This document shows, in pieces, positions 20,618 through 30,425 of a stretch of 52,163 bases of DNA; the stretch's first letter is position 1; the number at the start of each line of letters is the position of its first letter. The stretch covers positions 1-52,163 of the forward strand of contig RFMS01000123.1 in the NCBI GenBank assembly GCA_009927575.1. The letters are read 5' to 3'. Made by a program: the position numbers and the translations under genes. This DNA is from Actinomycetota bacterium. GTDB lineage: Bacteria; Actinomycetota; Actinomycetes; Nanopelagicales; Nanopelagicaceae. Below the pieces are notes generated by a model that saw nothing but the letters and a program-made list of their open reading frames with translations, searched no databases and had not been told where the DNA came from.

Positions 20618-21792
20618 CTAGTTTTGAGAAGCTACAAGGACCACCTTTATCGTCAATTTCTTTCCACTTCGGTCAATCGACAACTTCACTGAATCCCCTA
20701 CATTTTTCGACCGAATTGCCACAATGAGTTCATCGGATGAATTGATTGCGCTGCCATCAAGTGCAGTGATGACATCTCCTGGTTGCAGCCCAGCTTTCGC
20801 AGCGGGTGATCCCGTCACAATTCCTTGTGGTTGATCAACGATCAGCGCACCCACTCCGGTGAAACTCGTATCGAGTCTGATACCTAATACTGGATATGTG
20901 GCTTTACCTTTCGAGATTAATTGTTCAGCTGTTTTCTTTGCTTGATTAATTGGAATCGCAAAACCTAATCCGATTGAACCGGATTGGCCGCCAAATGATG
21001 AACCCAATGAAGCAATCGCAGAGTTCACTCCAATGACTGCGCCCGTTGCATCTACCAGTGGGCCACCAGAATTACCAGGATTGATTGCAGCATCAGTTTG
21101 AAGCGCATTGATAAAGGAACTTTCACCAGTTCCGCCGCTCGATGTCACAGCACGATTTTTCGCACTGATGATTCCAGATGTCACTGTTCCAGAAAGTCCA
21201 AGTGGTGAACCGATAGCAATCACTTGATCTCCAACTTGAATGGTGTCGCTATTGCCAAATTGCAGGCCGGTAAACCAGTTGCATTTATTTTGATTACTGC
21301 AAGATCGTATGAAGAGTCTGCACCTAATATTTTTCCTTCAAATTTCTTTCCATTATTAAGTGTGACTGTGAGGGTTCCCTGATTAGAGAGAACATCATTA
21401 ATAACATGGTTATTTGTCAAAATGTAACCATCACTTCGAATGACAAAACCCGATCCAGTTCCACTTCCATTTTGAGAGAGGGTAGAAATTGACACAACAG
21501 AAGGAAGTACTCGTGCGGCAATTCCTGCAACTGATGTTGGTTCGCGTTCAATTGTCTTTGTTGATGAAACTAATTGCACATTAGTTGACGTTGGCTCAGA
21601 ACGGCTTGCTAATTGTGACCCACCATATCCGCCCACTAAACCTGCAATTAATGCGAGCGCCACAAATTTGTTGGAAACATTCTGTGTTTTTCGAGAGTTC
21701 GTGGAAGAAGTGCTCACGTCATGATCGGGGTGAGACCACCATGCTGGCGTATGTTCTGAATTCATGCGTGGATAGTGCTCCTTATTTCCCAA
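20618..21792 (-). pseudogene. htrA: HtrA/DegP-family trypsin-like serine protease with a PDZ domain; frame broken near 21266 (1-nt deletion)
   Basis: ORF 21220..21792 holds the TM anchor and the His/Asp region ([26 protein letters not shown]). After ...TGLPA the sequence continues in the other frame as [34 protein letters not shown]..., then GNSGGPL and the PDZ domain (ORF 20618..21223). Confidence 0.85.
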
Positions 21793-21821
21793 CTTTAAGT
21801 CAGAGAAACCTTAAAGGCTGC

Positions 21822-22457
21822 TCAAAATATAGTTTTTGTTGCGACAAGCACGCCATCACCCAAGGGCAACAACATGGGAACCCATGATTCACTCTCTTTA
21901 ATCGCTTTAATCGCTTCTCGTCTCGCAATTGATAGTGGATCGCGCTGGGTCGGGTCAGGAACTTTCCCGCCACCAAGTGCGCAATCAATAACCAACATTC
22001 CACCGGGTCGAAGTGAGCGATGTGCATGATGTACTGATTCAAGGAGGTCATCAAATTCTCGAATAATGAATAGGTCATACAAACTATCTGCCAACTTCGA
22101 AATAACATCGCGAGAATTACCCACAATTAATCGATATCGAGTCGAAGCAATTCCCGCTTCATCGAGCGCAGTTCGGGTGACTTTTGAATGCTCTGCTTCA
22201 TTATCAATCGACGTTAATACGCCGTTTGGCGAGAGCCCTTTGAAAATCCACAGCGCGCTCACTCCTGAACCAGTTCCTACTTCAACAACTGATGATGCAC
22301 CAACAAGATGCGTGAGATAGCGAAGCAGTGAGCCAACAAGCGGTGAAGTGTTTTCGCAACCAATCTCAACGCCACGCGCTCTGGCGCGACTTGTCGCCGT
22401 ATCTTCGGCAATGAAATTCTCGGAGAAAGATTTCATATCGCCGCGGGGAAAATTCAT
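21822..22457 (-). CDS. class I SAM-dependent O-methyltransferase (family 3, caffeoyl-CoA OMT-like)
   Basis: 211-aa ORF. SAM motif VVEVGTGSGVSALW. Its ATG overlaps the pepA stop in ATGA. Confidence 0.8.
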   Translation of the reverse strand: MNFPRGDMKSFSENFIAEDTATSRARARGVEIGCENTSPLVGSLLRYLTHLVGASSVVEVGTGSGVSALWIFKGLSPNGVLTSIDNEAEHSKVTRTALDEAGIASTRYRLIVGNSRDVISKLADSLYDLFIIREFDDLLESVHHAHRSLRPGGMLVIDCALGGGKVPDPTQRDPLSIARREAIKAIKESESWVPMLLPLGDGVLVATKTIF

Positions 22458-23959
22458 AGCGTTTCAAGCCAATGCGTGAGCAACCGAACCGAATACCCCG
22501 TTCCACCTTTTGGGTTCTCGCCTTCATCACGTTCTGATCGTGCTGGACCAGCAATATCGAGATGTACCCATTTTCGTGCGCCAACAAATTTCTCAAGAAA
22601 GAGCGCTGCAGTAATGGAACCGCCAGAGAAATGACCTTTATCTGCGGTGTGATTAAAGTCAGCAACAAAACTTTCGAGACCAGATTGATAATCATCGATA
22701 AGCGGCATATGCCAACTTCGATCTCCGGATTTCTCACCAAGATCCATAAATGTCTTTGCCAACTTCGAATCTCGCGTATAGAGCGCTGCATGGTTGAGTC
22801 CTAAACCTAATTTGGCAGCTCCGGTAAGGGTCGCAATATCAATCAAGTAATCTGGTTTGAGTGTGAGATCTGCATATGCCAATCCATCGGCAAGAACTAA
22901 CCGACCTTCTGCGTCGGTATCAATCACTTCAACAGTTGTGCCACCGTAATGCGTAATCACATCAGAGGGTCGCTGTGCTGTTTCTGAAACTAAATTCTCC
23001 GCACACATCATGAGCGCAGTGACTTTGACCGGCAATTTCAATCGGGCAGCAGCAACGACAATTGCAAGAACCGATGCAGCGCCAGCCATATCTGTTTTCA
23101 TCGTCATCATGACATCGTAAGGACGCTTCAGGGAGAGCCCGCCCGTATCGAATGTGATTCCTTTGCCTACAAGTGCTACATGTTTCCTCGCAGCACGAGG
23201 CGAATAGCTCACTTCAATAAAACGAGGTGGATGTTGCTGTGACGAATTACCAACTGCGGTAAGTCCACCAAATTCTTTTAATTCCTTGCCGGCTTTTACT
23301 TTCACAGTGACATGTGGCAATGTGGAATATTTTTTTGCTTGTGTAGCAAGCCATGCTGGCGATGCGATATTTGCGGGAGTATGTACCAAATCTCTGGCTA
23401 ACCAGACAGATTCAATATCGATTTCGGCTCGCGCAATTTCTTTCTCAAAACTTCCCCAGATATGAATAGTGGGCATCAACGCAGGCGCTGATGTTTTCGC
23501 TTCTGTTTTCATCGTCCATGAATAAAGTGAGAGCGACAACGAAACCACGTGAGCAAGAAGAGATTCACGCGTATGAGCACACCCAGATAGCAATGCGGCA
23601 TCGCTTCCTTTGACGCGCCGGCCAATTGCGACGCCTGCCTTTCGCAGATCGGATATAGATCCGCTTCCAATACCTACAAAAAGAATTCTTTTAATGGTCT
23701 GACTTTGTTCCAGCGGAAAATCAAATACCTCGCCGGCTTTCCCCGTTAATTGCGGAGATCGCGCAAGAAGTTCGGTGAGTGAGATTTCGAGTTTGCGCGC
23801 AAGCGCTCGTTCTAGCCCTTTAGTTGGAGCAATTGAAACGACACCATTCTCATCTGCTTGGACCGGGAGGGCCACAACGGAGATGCCACGAAAAATATCG
23901 CCAGACTTTATTGTGGATTCGTTACGCTGGTGAAGCTTCGGCGGACGTACGGAACTCAT
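22454..23959 (-). CDS. pepA: leucyl aminopeptidase (M17)
   Basis: Internal ATG (codon 32 of ORF 22454..24052) avoids overlap with nhaA. M17 motifs VGKGITFDTGGLSLK and DTDAEGRLVLAD. Confidence 0.85.
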   Translation of the reverse strand: MSSVRPPKLHQRNESTIKSGDIFRGISVVALPVQADENGVVSIAPTKGLERALARKLEISLTELLARSPQLTGKAGEVFDFPLEQSQTIKRILFVGIGSGSISDLRKAGVAIGRRVKGSDAALLSGCAHTRESLLAHVVSLSLSLYSWTMKTEAKTSAPALMPTIHIWGSFEKEIARAEIDIESVWLARDLVHTPANIASPAWLATQAKKYSTLPHVTVKVKAGKELKEFGGLTAVGNSSQQHPPRFIEVSYSPRAARKHVALVGKGITFDTGGLSLKRPYDVMMTMKTDMAGAASVLAIVVAAARLKLPVKVTALMMCAENLVSETAQRPSDVITHYGGTTVEVIDTDAEGRLVLADGLAYADLTLKPDYLIDIATLTGAAKLGLGLNHAALYTRDSKLAKTFMDLGEKSGDRSWHMPLIDDYQSGLESFVADFNHTADKGHFSGGSITAALFLEKFVGARKWVHLDIAGPARSERDEGENPKGGTGYSVRLLTHWLETL

Positions 23960-23991
23960 GGTGCAGACGCTAACGAAAAAAAGGAGGAATT

Positions 23992-25048
23992 GTGCGACGG
24001 CTCTCGGTACAACAACCCGCACTGCTCCTGCTGCCCTCTGCCCTATTAGCAATCATCCTGGCACAGGTGAGTTCTCGCTTCGTGAGTTTTTTGCAGCAAC
24101 CATTCTTCTCCCTCTCTATTACTGAGTGGGTCGCGGATTTACTTCTTGCGATTTTCTTCTTTATTGCCGGCGCTGAGTTGAAGTCAGAATTCGATAATGA
24201 TCGAAGTGCAGCTCATATTCTCACACCGCTATTAGGCGCTTTAGGAGGAATGGCACTTCCCGCACTCTTGTATCTACTTTTCGCACAGATATTACATACA
24301 ACGTCTTCTGCCTGGGGAGTTCCGATGGCAACGGACTTACCTATCGCACTTGCCTTAGTTGCACTTTCGAATCGCATTAGCGCTGGCACGCGTATGTTTC
24401 TTTTAGCATTGGCAATTTTCGATGATATTGGATCGATTCTTGTCATCGCTCTTCGTTTTACTCATGAACTTTCATGGACATGGGCTGGCCTGGCTCTTCT
24501 CGGCGCTTTCGCTTTCTCTGTGACTGCACGACGCGGTTTTTCGTCACCCATTCTTTTTCTTATTGGAGTCACCGTCTGGTACTGCGTTTATAAAGGTGGA
24601 ATTCATCCGACTGTCGCAGGCGCATTATTAGGGGTGTTAATGCCTGCAGATCGAACATCACAAGCCATTTCATTTTGGACGCCACCAACCAATTACGTTG
24701 TTCTTCCGCTTTTTCGTCTTCACTGCGCTAGCTATTCCATTTTCGCTATCCTGGCAATCGTTGAACAATCCCATTGTGATCTCATTAGTTCTCGCCAGAA
24801 TGATTGGTAAGCCTTTTGGAATCATGTTCGGAATTTTGATCGCTCAGAAAATATTTAGGATGAAGCGATCGCTCGCATTCTCTGATTACTGGCTGGTTTC
24901 TATTTTGGGAACTGTCGGATTCTCGGTCTCGCTCTTATTTGCAGAATTAAGTTTGATCGGAAGTGAAAAAGCAGCGGCAGTTCTTGGAGTTTTACTGACC
25001 TTGCCTTTTGCGATAGGAGTATCGCTCTACGTTCTGAAACGCAGGTGA
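23992..25048 (+). pseudogene. nhaA: Na+/H+ antiporter NhaA; frame broken at a T5 run, 24710-24714 (apparent extra base)
   Basis: GTG start preceded by AAGGAGG. FFFIAGAELKSEF and FDDIGSILVIAL are NhaA-type motifs. ...VVLPLF continues as VFTALAIPF...ARMIGKPFGI in ORF 24698..25048. Confidence 0.75.
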
Positions 25049-25228
25049 CTACTTTTTAATAAGGGCTACCGCGGCCTGGAGAACATCGGCGAGATTGCGC
25101 GCCTCTTCTTGATTGAGCTCAACTACTAACCGACCGCCACCTTCGAGTGGAATACGCATAACCAAGCTTCGTGCTTCCTTGGTTACTTCCATTGGACCAT
25201 CACCAGTTCGAGGCTTCATGGCTGCCAT
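25049..25228 (-). CDS. DUF3117-family small protein (59 aa)
   Basis: Below the ORF-track size cut-off. My translation is MAAMKPRTGDGPMEVTKEARSLVMRIPLEGGGRLVVELNQEEARNLADVLQAAVALIKK, essentially the conserved actinobacterial DUF3117 sequence. GGAG lies 9 nt upstream. The stop abuts the nhaA stop. Confidence 0.8.
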   Translation of the reverse strand: MAAMKPRTGDGPMEVTKEARSLVMRIPLEGGGRLVVELNQEEARNLADVLQAAVALIKK

Positions 25229-25305
25229 GTATGGGTACTCCTTAACGGATAAATCAGGGGTGGTGTATTTCTTTTGCGGAGGAGAAGTATCCCGTGTTGC
25301 GGGGT

Positions 25306-25503
25306 TTATGTGAAATCGAAGGGAAGGCTGGCACGTAAGCGCGCTTTCCCCGCTGAAAGTACGGAATGAATCGCCCGCTCTGGAACTTTTAGGGTTGCTG
25401 CAATGTCTACCGTTGACATTGACTTGACGTAATACAGCGAGAGCACGATCCGTTCCTCTTCAGGAAGGTTGGCGATTAAGTCTGCCAAAGTTTCTTCGCT
25501 CAC
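25306..25503 (-). CDS. stand-alone sigma-70 region 4-like HTH protein (65 aa)
   Basis: LPEEERIVLSLYYVKSMSTVDIAATLKVPERAIHSVLSAGKARLRASL matches sigma-70 region 4.2. No region 2 is encoded; the SRPBCC stop is only 11 nt upstream. Confidence 0.6.
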   Translation of the reverse strand: MSEETLADLIANLPEEERIVLSLYYVKSMSTVDIAATLKVPERAIHSVLSAGKARLRASLPFDFT

Positions 25504-25514
25504 ACCTGCAGAGG

Positions 25515-25982
25515 TTACTCGTTACGAAAAGAGCGAGTAAAACGCCACAGCGAGAACCTCACTCCAAGCATGATTCCTGGACGAAGAATGAGCATGAGTA
25601 GTTTGGGTGCGAGAATCTCTTCGTACCAATCAAATCGCGTTGAATTGGCGGTTGTTTCAACTAACGAGAACCGTCCCATACCTTTGATAATTTTCCCCAC
25701 ATGTTCTACTTCGCAACTTTGAGGTGGATTCCATTGCGTAACAACCATATGATCAAGAATTCCCAAATACTTTTTTAGCCAGAGATTTCTCCGTGCAAAT
25801 AAACCTGTGAGCGCAAAAATTTCTGTACCGATTGGCTCTCCGTGCGAGCGACTTTCAACTGATGTCATTGCCATCCACGAGGATTGGCTTTGCCAATCTG
25901 TCAATGAATTCCACACCTTTATGCGAGGTGCGTTAATGACAACAGAGTGCTCCAGTGGCTGACGGCGCATGTCACTTTTCAT
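25515..25982 (-). CDS. SRPBCC (START/polyketide cyclase-like) family protein
   Basis: 155-aa ORF. VVINAPRIKVWNSLTDWQSQSSWM is typical of the first strand-helix of SRPBCC proteins. It overlaps the LOG gene end by 11 nt. Confidence 0.55.
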   Translation of the reverse strand: MKSDMRRQPLEHSVVINAPRIKVWNSLTDWQSQSSWMAMTSVESRSHGEPIGTEIFALTGLFARRNLWLKKYLGILDHMVVTQWNPPQSCEVEHVGKIIKGMGRFSLVETTANSTRFDWYEEILAPKLLMLILRPGIMLGVRFSLWRFTRSFRNE

Positions 25983-26517
25983 AGTGACTTGAAATATGGT
26001 TCATTGCACTTTCAACATCAGAGCACCACGCAACTAATTCATGTTGTCCTGGTTTCATGAAGTTAGTTTCAGTTAAATGAGCAAGTGCAACACGAAGCGT
26101 TGCATACGTTTCGTGCGGATCTATGACCGCAATAGGTTTACTGTGAAAACCTAGATATCGTCCAACCCAAATCTCAAAAAATTCTTCGAGAGTTCCAATT
26201 CCGCCAGGCAGTACAAAGAAAGCATCTGCGAGCTCTTCGATCCGCTTCTTTCGTGATCTCATATCTTCAACAACTATCAGTTCGCTACTCTCGTGATCAG
26301 CAAATTCTAAATTTGTTAGTTTCTCTGGAATGACGCCGATTGTTCGGCCATTATGTGAGCGCGCACCTTCTGAAATCTTTCCCATCACCGAGATTCGTCC
26401 GCCTCCGGAAACGAGATCATGTCCAGCTTGCGCAATTGTTGCGCCAACAAGAAAGCCCAAATCCAGATTCTCTGGCGAAATCGTTGGTGAGGAGGAACAG
26501 AAGACTGCTATTCGCAC
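25972..26517 (-). CDS. LOG-family (TIGR00730) nucleotide phosphoribohydrolase
   Basis: Start placed at the in-frame GTG (codon 60 of ORF 25972..26694), giving (M)RIAVFCSSS... GGGRISVMG and PGGIGTLEEFFE motifs. The product is about 181 aa, typical for the family. The longer ORF would overlap dapD. Confidence 0.75.
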   Translation of the reverse strand: MRIAVFCSSSPTISPENLDLGFLVGATIAQAGHDLVSGGGRISVMGKISEGARSHNGRTIGVIPEKLTNLEFADHESSELIVVEDMRSRKKRIEELADAFFVLPGGIGTLEEFFEIWVGRYLGFHSKPIAVIDPHETYATLRVALAHLTETNFMKPGQHELVAWCSDVESAMNHISSHYEK

Positions 26518-26552
26518 GGCGTCACTGTAGTGCGAGTTGGTACGGTTCTCAC

Positions 26553-27469
26553 ATGAGTAGAGCGTTTGGCTTTGGCGTAGCAACAGTTGCCGCAGATGGC
26601 ACAATTCTTGACACACGGTTTTCGCACTTTGGATTGGGAAATCAACCAGGTCGTCTTCCAGAAATTTCTGCAGCACAACACGCGCATGCTTCACTTCGTT
26701 CGGTTTCGCTGAAAGCTATCTCTCTCGATATCGATCTCAGCACAGCACCAGTAGATGCAAGCGATGTTTACCTCAGACTTCATCTGCTCTCAGCGCGTCA
26801 CGTCAAACCGCACGGACTCTCACTAGATGGCATCTTCGGTTTGCTTGCTAATGTTGTGTGGACCTCACTTGGACCGTGCGCCGTCGCACAATTTTCACGA
26901 GTTCGTGAAGAGATCATTGCGCATCATGGATTTATTGCAGTGTATGGCGTCGATAAATTTCCACGAATGGTTGATTATGTAATTCCAGAAGGTGTTCGCA
27001 TTGCGATGCTGATCGCGTTCGTCTCGGAGCACATCTTGCAGCGGGAACTACGGTTATGCATGAAGGTTTTGTGAACTTTAATGCTGGCACGCTAGGAACA
27101 TCAATGGTGGAGGGACGTATCTCAGCCGGTGTTGTCGTTGATGATGGCAGTGATATTGGCGGTGGTGCTTCCATTATGGGCACATTAAGTGGTGGCGGAA
27201 AAGAAGTTATTTCAATTGGTAAAAAATGTTTACTCGGTGCGAATTCTGGTGTGGGTATCAGTCTTGGCGATGAATGCGTGGTTGAAGCAGGTGTTTACAT
27301 CACTGCAGGATCAAAGATTGCACTTCCAGATAACACCATCGTCAAAGCCCGCGAACTTTCTGGCGCTAACGGCCTCCTCTTCCGAAGAAATTCTCAAAAT
27401 GGTCGGTTAGAAGCTACGCCTCGATCTGGCACGTGGGGCGGCCTCAACTCCATTTTGCACGCGAACTAA
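26553..27469 (+). pseudogene. dapD: 2,3,4,5-tetrahydropyridine-2,6-dicarboxylate N-succinyltransferase; frame broken near 27005 (1-nt deletion)
   Basis: Start at MSRAFGFGVATVAADGTILDT (codon 72 of ORF 26340..27074). ...VIPEGVRIA continues in the other frame as [40 protein letters not shown]... (hexapeptide repeats, ORF 27056..27469). Confidence 0.85.
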
Positions 27470-27490
27470 AAGTATTTACCTTCTAACTTC

Positions 27491-28825
27491 CTAGCACGGC
27501 GCAGTGCGTCCACGTGCGCGAATTGACGCTAATTGGCAATCATCGCTCTCATTATTTGGAGCAACTGCAAACGTTAGGCCAAACCAGGTAGATGGAAGTT
27601 TTACCCGGGAACGAAACACTTCACCGGTTAACTTCACATATTTTCCCGATGATGAATACCCTTGAATGGATGTCACACTCCCCGTCTTACTTCGTGAAAG
27701 TACTTGATAGCTCACAATATCCGGAAGCCCGAAAGCGGTTGCCATTACTTTTTGGGAAATATCTCGATTCCATACGTAATACCGAGGATTAAGTGCTGTG
27801 CTGACACTCCATGTGTCAGGAACACTGATGAGATAGGGAAACGTTCCACCCCACACGTCGCGAACATCTTGAGTTAAACCTGCACTTGAAGAGAAAAAAT
27901 ATGTATTTGCTGGTTTGCCGTTAAATGTAACGACTAAACCAGAAGTTGCATCAGCGCTCGTTCTATTCACTGCGGATTTCCATAATTGCCCGTAAATTGG
28001 TTCACTCTCTTTCGAGAATCCGACAAAGTTCTGATCTGCAATCGTGTTATACAGATTGCAATCGCATTCTTTCCGTATCGAAGATAATTTTGTTAATGCA
28101 TACGTCCGTGATGCGATGGCTTGTGCCTCCAACGATGCTGCTGGCCATGATGAAGGTACTTCCCCAATTCCCCATAAATATTCATCGTGAAGGCGTAGCG
28201 CATTCACTACCTCAAGTTTTGGACCGGCCACAGTAGATACCGCTTTTATTGAGAGCGAACCATATTTATATTGTGATGTTGTTGTCGCTGTCTCGTTACC
28301 AATTCGAATCACAGAATTTGGCGTCCAGGTAATGGTAAAGAGTGAATCACCATTAAGGGGAGCAAATTTTGCAGTCGGAGAATTAAGCTGAGGAATAATT
28401 ATTCCTGCAACAAGTGCAAATGTTGCTGAAATATCTCGGCCATATGTACCGACAAGCGCGCCATCGCTTCGAAATATTGAATATTCGCCGTTTGAAATTC
28501 CATTGCTAGAAGCAGCATTAACCATTGAGATTGTTGTTTGGTTGAGTAGGTGTCCAATATTGACTCGTATTGTTTGGCTATCACTCACTTGTTGAACCTG
28601 TGTTCCTGGATAGTAATAGCCAAGAATCTCCATAGCGGTTCGTCCTTCAAGCGCTTGGCCGCGTGCGCCAATCTGACTCATACCCACACCATGGCCATAA
28701 CCAGAACCAGTGAAAGAAAAGGTCGCAGGAATTTCTTCAGCGCGAGCAGACGATGGATACATCACTGAACTAAGAGTTAAAAGAGCAAGAATGGCGCTAA
28801 ACGCGCGCTGCTTAAACATCCTCAT
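27491..28825 (-). CDS. SpoIID/LytB-domain protein (secreted)
   Basis: 444-aa ORF with a signal peptide (MRMFKQRAFSAILALLTLSSVMYPSSARA) and the SpoIID signature GSGYGHGVGMSQIGARGQA. Confidence 0.8.
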   Translation of the reverse strand: MRMFKQRAFSAILALLTLSSVMYPSSARAEEIPATFSFTGSGYGHGVGMSQIGARGQALEGRTAMEILGYYYPGTQVQQVSDSQTIRVNIGHLLNQTTISMVNAASSNGISNGEYSIFRSDGALVGTYGRDISATFALVAGIIIPQLNSPTAKFAPLNGDSLFTITWTPNSVIRIGNETATTTSQYKYGSLSIKAVSTVAGPKLEVVNALRLHDEYLWGIGEVPSSWPAASLEAQAIASRTYALTKLSSIRKECDCNLYNTIADQNFVGFSKESEPIYGQLWKSAVNRTSADATSGLVVTFNGKPANTYFFSSSAGLTQDVRDVWGGTFPYLISVPDTWSVSTALNPRYYVWNRDISQKVMATAFGLPDIVSYQVLSRSKTGSVTSIQGYSSSGKYVKLTGEVFRSRVKLPSTWFGLTFAVAPNNESDDCQLASIRARGRTAPC

Positions 28826-29621
28826 CGATCATTGGGCTACTGCCCACCTCGAGGAATTTCTTGTAATCAGCAATAACAGATTTTGGTTTACCACGACTAA
28901 TCAATTTACCTTTGTGAATCCAAATAACTTCGTTACAGACTTCTTCAATTGTTGCAAGTGCATGACTGACCAAAATTAAAGCTCGATTATGTGATCGAAG
29001 CTCTTTGACGCGATCAAGTGATTTGGTTTTAAATTTAGCATCGCCAGTGCTTAGGGCTTCATCGATGATAAGAATGTCTGGTTCTACTGAGACAGCGACG
29101 GCAAATGCAAGACGGGAAAACATTCCCGATGAATATGTTCGCATAGGTGCATCAATAACTTCACTAAGTTCGGCAAACTCAACAATCTCATCAAACTTTG
29201 ATTCAATTTCCGATTTACTTAAACCAGCCGCAAGCCCACCTAAAATCACATTGTCGCGACCGGTCATCTCTTGATTAAAGCCGACTCCTAACGCGAGCAA
29301 AGTTCCGACATTTCCAAAGAGTTCTACTCGACCTGAAGTTGGCGGCAAAATGCCAGAAATAGTGCGCATCAGCGTTGATTTTCCTGCGCCATTTGCACCG
29401 ACTACGCCTAAAACTGATCCATACGGAATATCGAGGCTGAGATTGGAGACTGCATGGACAACTCTCGTCTGTTTTTTACCACGGCTTGCATGGAGCAATC
29501 TATTTCGAAGCGTAGGACGTTTATCAAGCGTTGTTCTATAAATCACCGAAAGGTCATGTATCGAAACAGCGGTATCACCCTTCTTTTGTGGGTGTGCGTT
29601 AGATGCGGACAGCAAACTCAC
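28812..29621 (-). CDS. ABC transporter ATP-binding protein, polysaccharide/teichoic-acid export type (Wzt/TagH/RfbE-like)
   Basis: 269-aa ORF. Walker A GANGAGKST, signature YSSGM, Walker B ILIIDEALS. Overlaps the downstream SpoIID gene by 14 nt. Confidence 0.9.
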   Translation of the reverse strand: MSLLSASNAHPQKKGDTAVSIHDLSVIYRTTLDKRPTLRNRLLHASRGKKQTRVVHAVSNLSLDIPYGSVLGVVGANGAGKSTLMRTISGILPPTSGRVELFGNVGTLLALGVGFNQEMTGRDNVILGGLAAGLSKSEIESKFDEIVEFAELSEVIDAPMRTYSSGMFSRLAFAVAVSVEPDILIIDEALSTGDAKFKTKSLDRVKELRSHNRALILVSHALATIEEVCNEVIWIHKGKLISRGKPKSVIADYKKFLEVGSSPMIDEDV

Positions 29622-30425
29622 GCTCCCTTGATAAGAAGAGATACGTACTCACAATAAGAACTAAGGCAGTCCATAGCAGCGCTTGATATAACTCGTGCAA
29701 TTAGGAAGTTGTGCATGCACCATTACTCTCGACCACATATCTAATAACGGATACATGGGGTTAATGTTCTTTAGAAATTGAAGATTTGATTTCAGCGCAG
29801 ATGCTTCGTAAAGCACGGGCGATAGATAAAGAAGTGTTCGAGTGAGATATGGAATCAAATTCTGTGCATCACGGAAGTACACATTGACACATGCAAAAAA
29901 GATGGCACAGCCAAGGGCAAAGAGAAAGAAGAGGGCAATTAAAGGAATCGCCCAGAGCATCGTCCATGAAAACGGCAGACCAAGTAACGCGTGGAAAACT
30001 ACGAGAACAAGAAGTGTTGGAAGAAATTTGAAAAGTGAAACTACGGCTGCACTCATTGGCAGCATTAATCGCGGAAATGCAGAGTTGAGAACTAATCGTC
30101 CGCCCGATGTAATTGATTTTGCGCCAGCGACAATTGCATCGGTAACAAGATAGAAAATAAATAGCGATGCCGTCAGATGTCCATACCGGGCCTTATCAGC
30201 GTGACCACTGATAATCACTATAAGTAGAAAATAGACAGCCGAGAGCAATAATGGATTGAGAATCAGCCAAACCTGACCAAACGCTGATCCATAATTTTGT
30301 CGACGGAGTTCTGATCGCGCAAAAGCAGCCATAAATTGCCGACGTGAATAAAGCTGGCTTAAATATTTGCGAAGTGGCGGCAATCCACCTTTAAAGGGGA
30401 GAAAAACTTCTAATGGTGCGCTCAC
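29599..30425 (-). pseudogene. ABC-2-type exporter permease (Wzm/TagG/RfbD-like); frame broken near 29700 (1-nt deletion), true end at 29599
   Basis: ORF 29661..30425 is a 6-TM ABC-2 permease. After ...HAQLP the other frame reads LHELYQALLWTALVLIVSTYLFLSREREFAVRI*, the expected last TM plus the E..FA tail. It overlaps the ATPase start by 23 nt. Confidence 0.75.

Noticed and set aside
25306-25503. The sigma region 4 ORF as the 3' remnant of a frameshifted full-length sigma factor (for example the missing sigE)
   Set aside because: The SRPBCC CDS ends 11 nt upstream and occupies the preceding 468 nt. I saw no region 2-like sequence (for example a ...DLVQE.. or ..FR.. pattern) in the upstream translations listed in the track.
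26340-26552. Long N-terminal extension of the dapD ORF (track start 26340)
   Set aside because: The first 71 codons are antisense to the LOG gene, Arg/Leu-rich and motif-free. DapD homology begins at MSRAFGFGVATV (26553).
26518-26694. LOG gene starting at the track ATG (26694)
   Set aside because: That start would overlap dapD by about 140 nt and add 59 non-conserved residues. An in-frame GTG at 26517 gives the canonical (M)RIAVFCSSS start and the typical length of about 181 aa.
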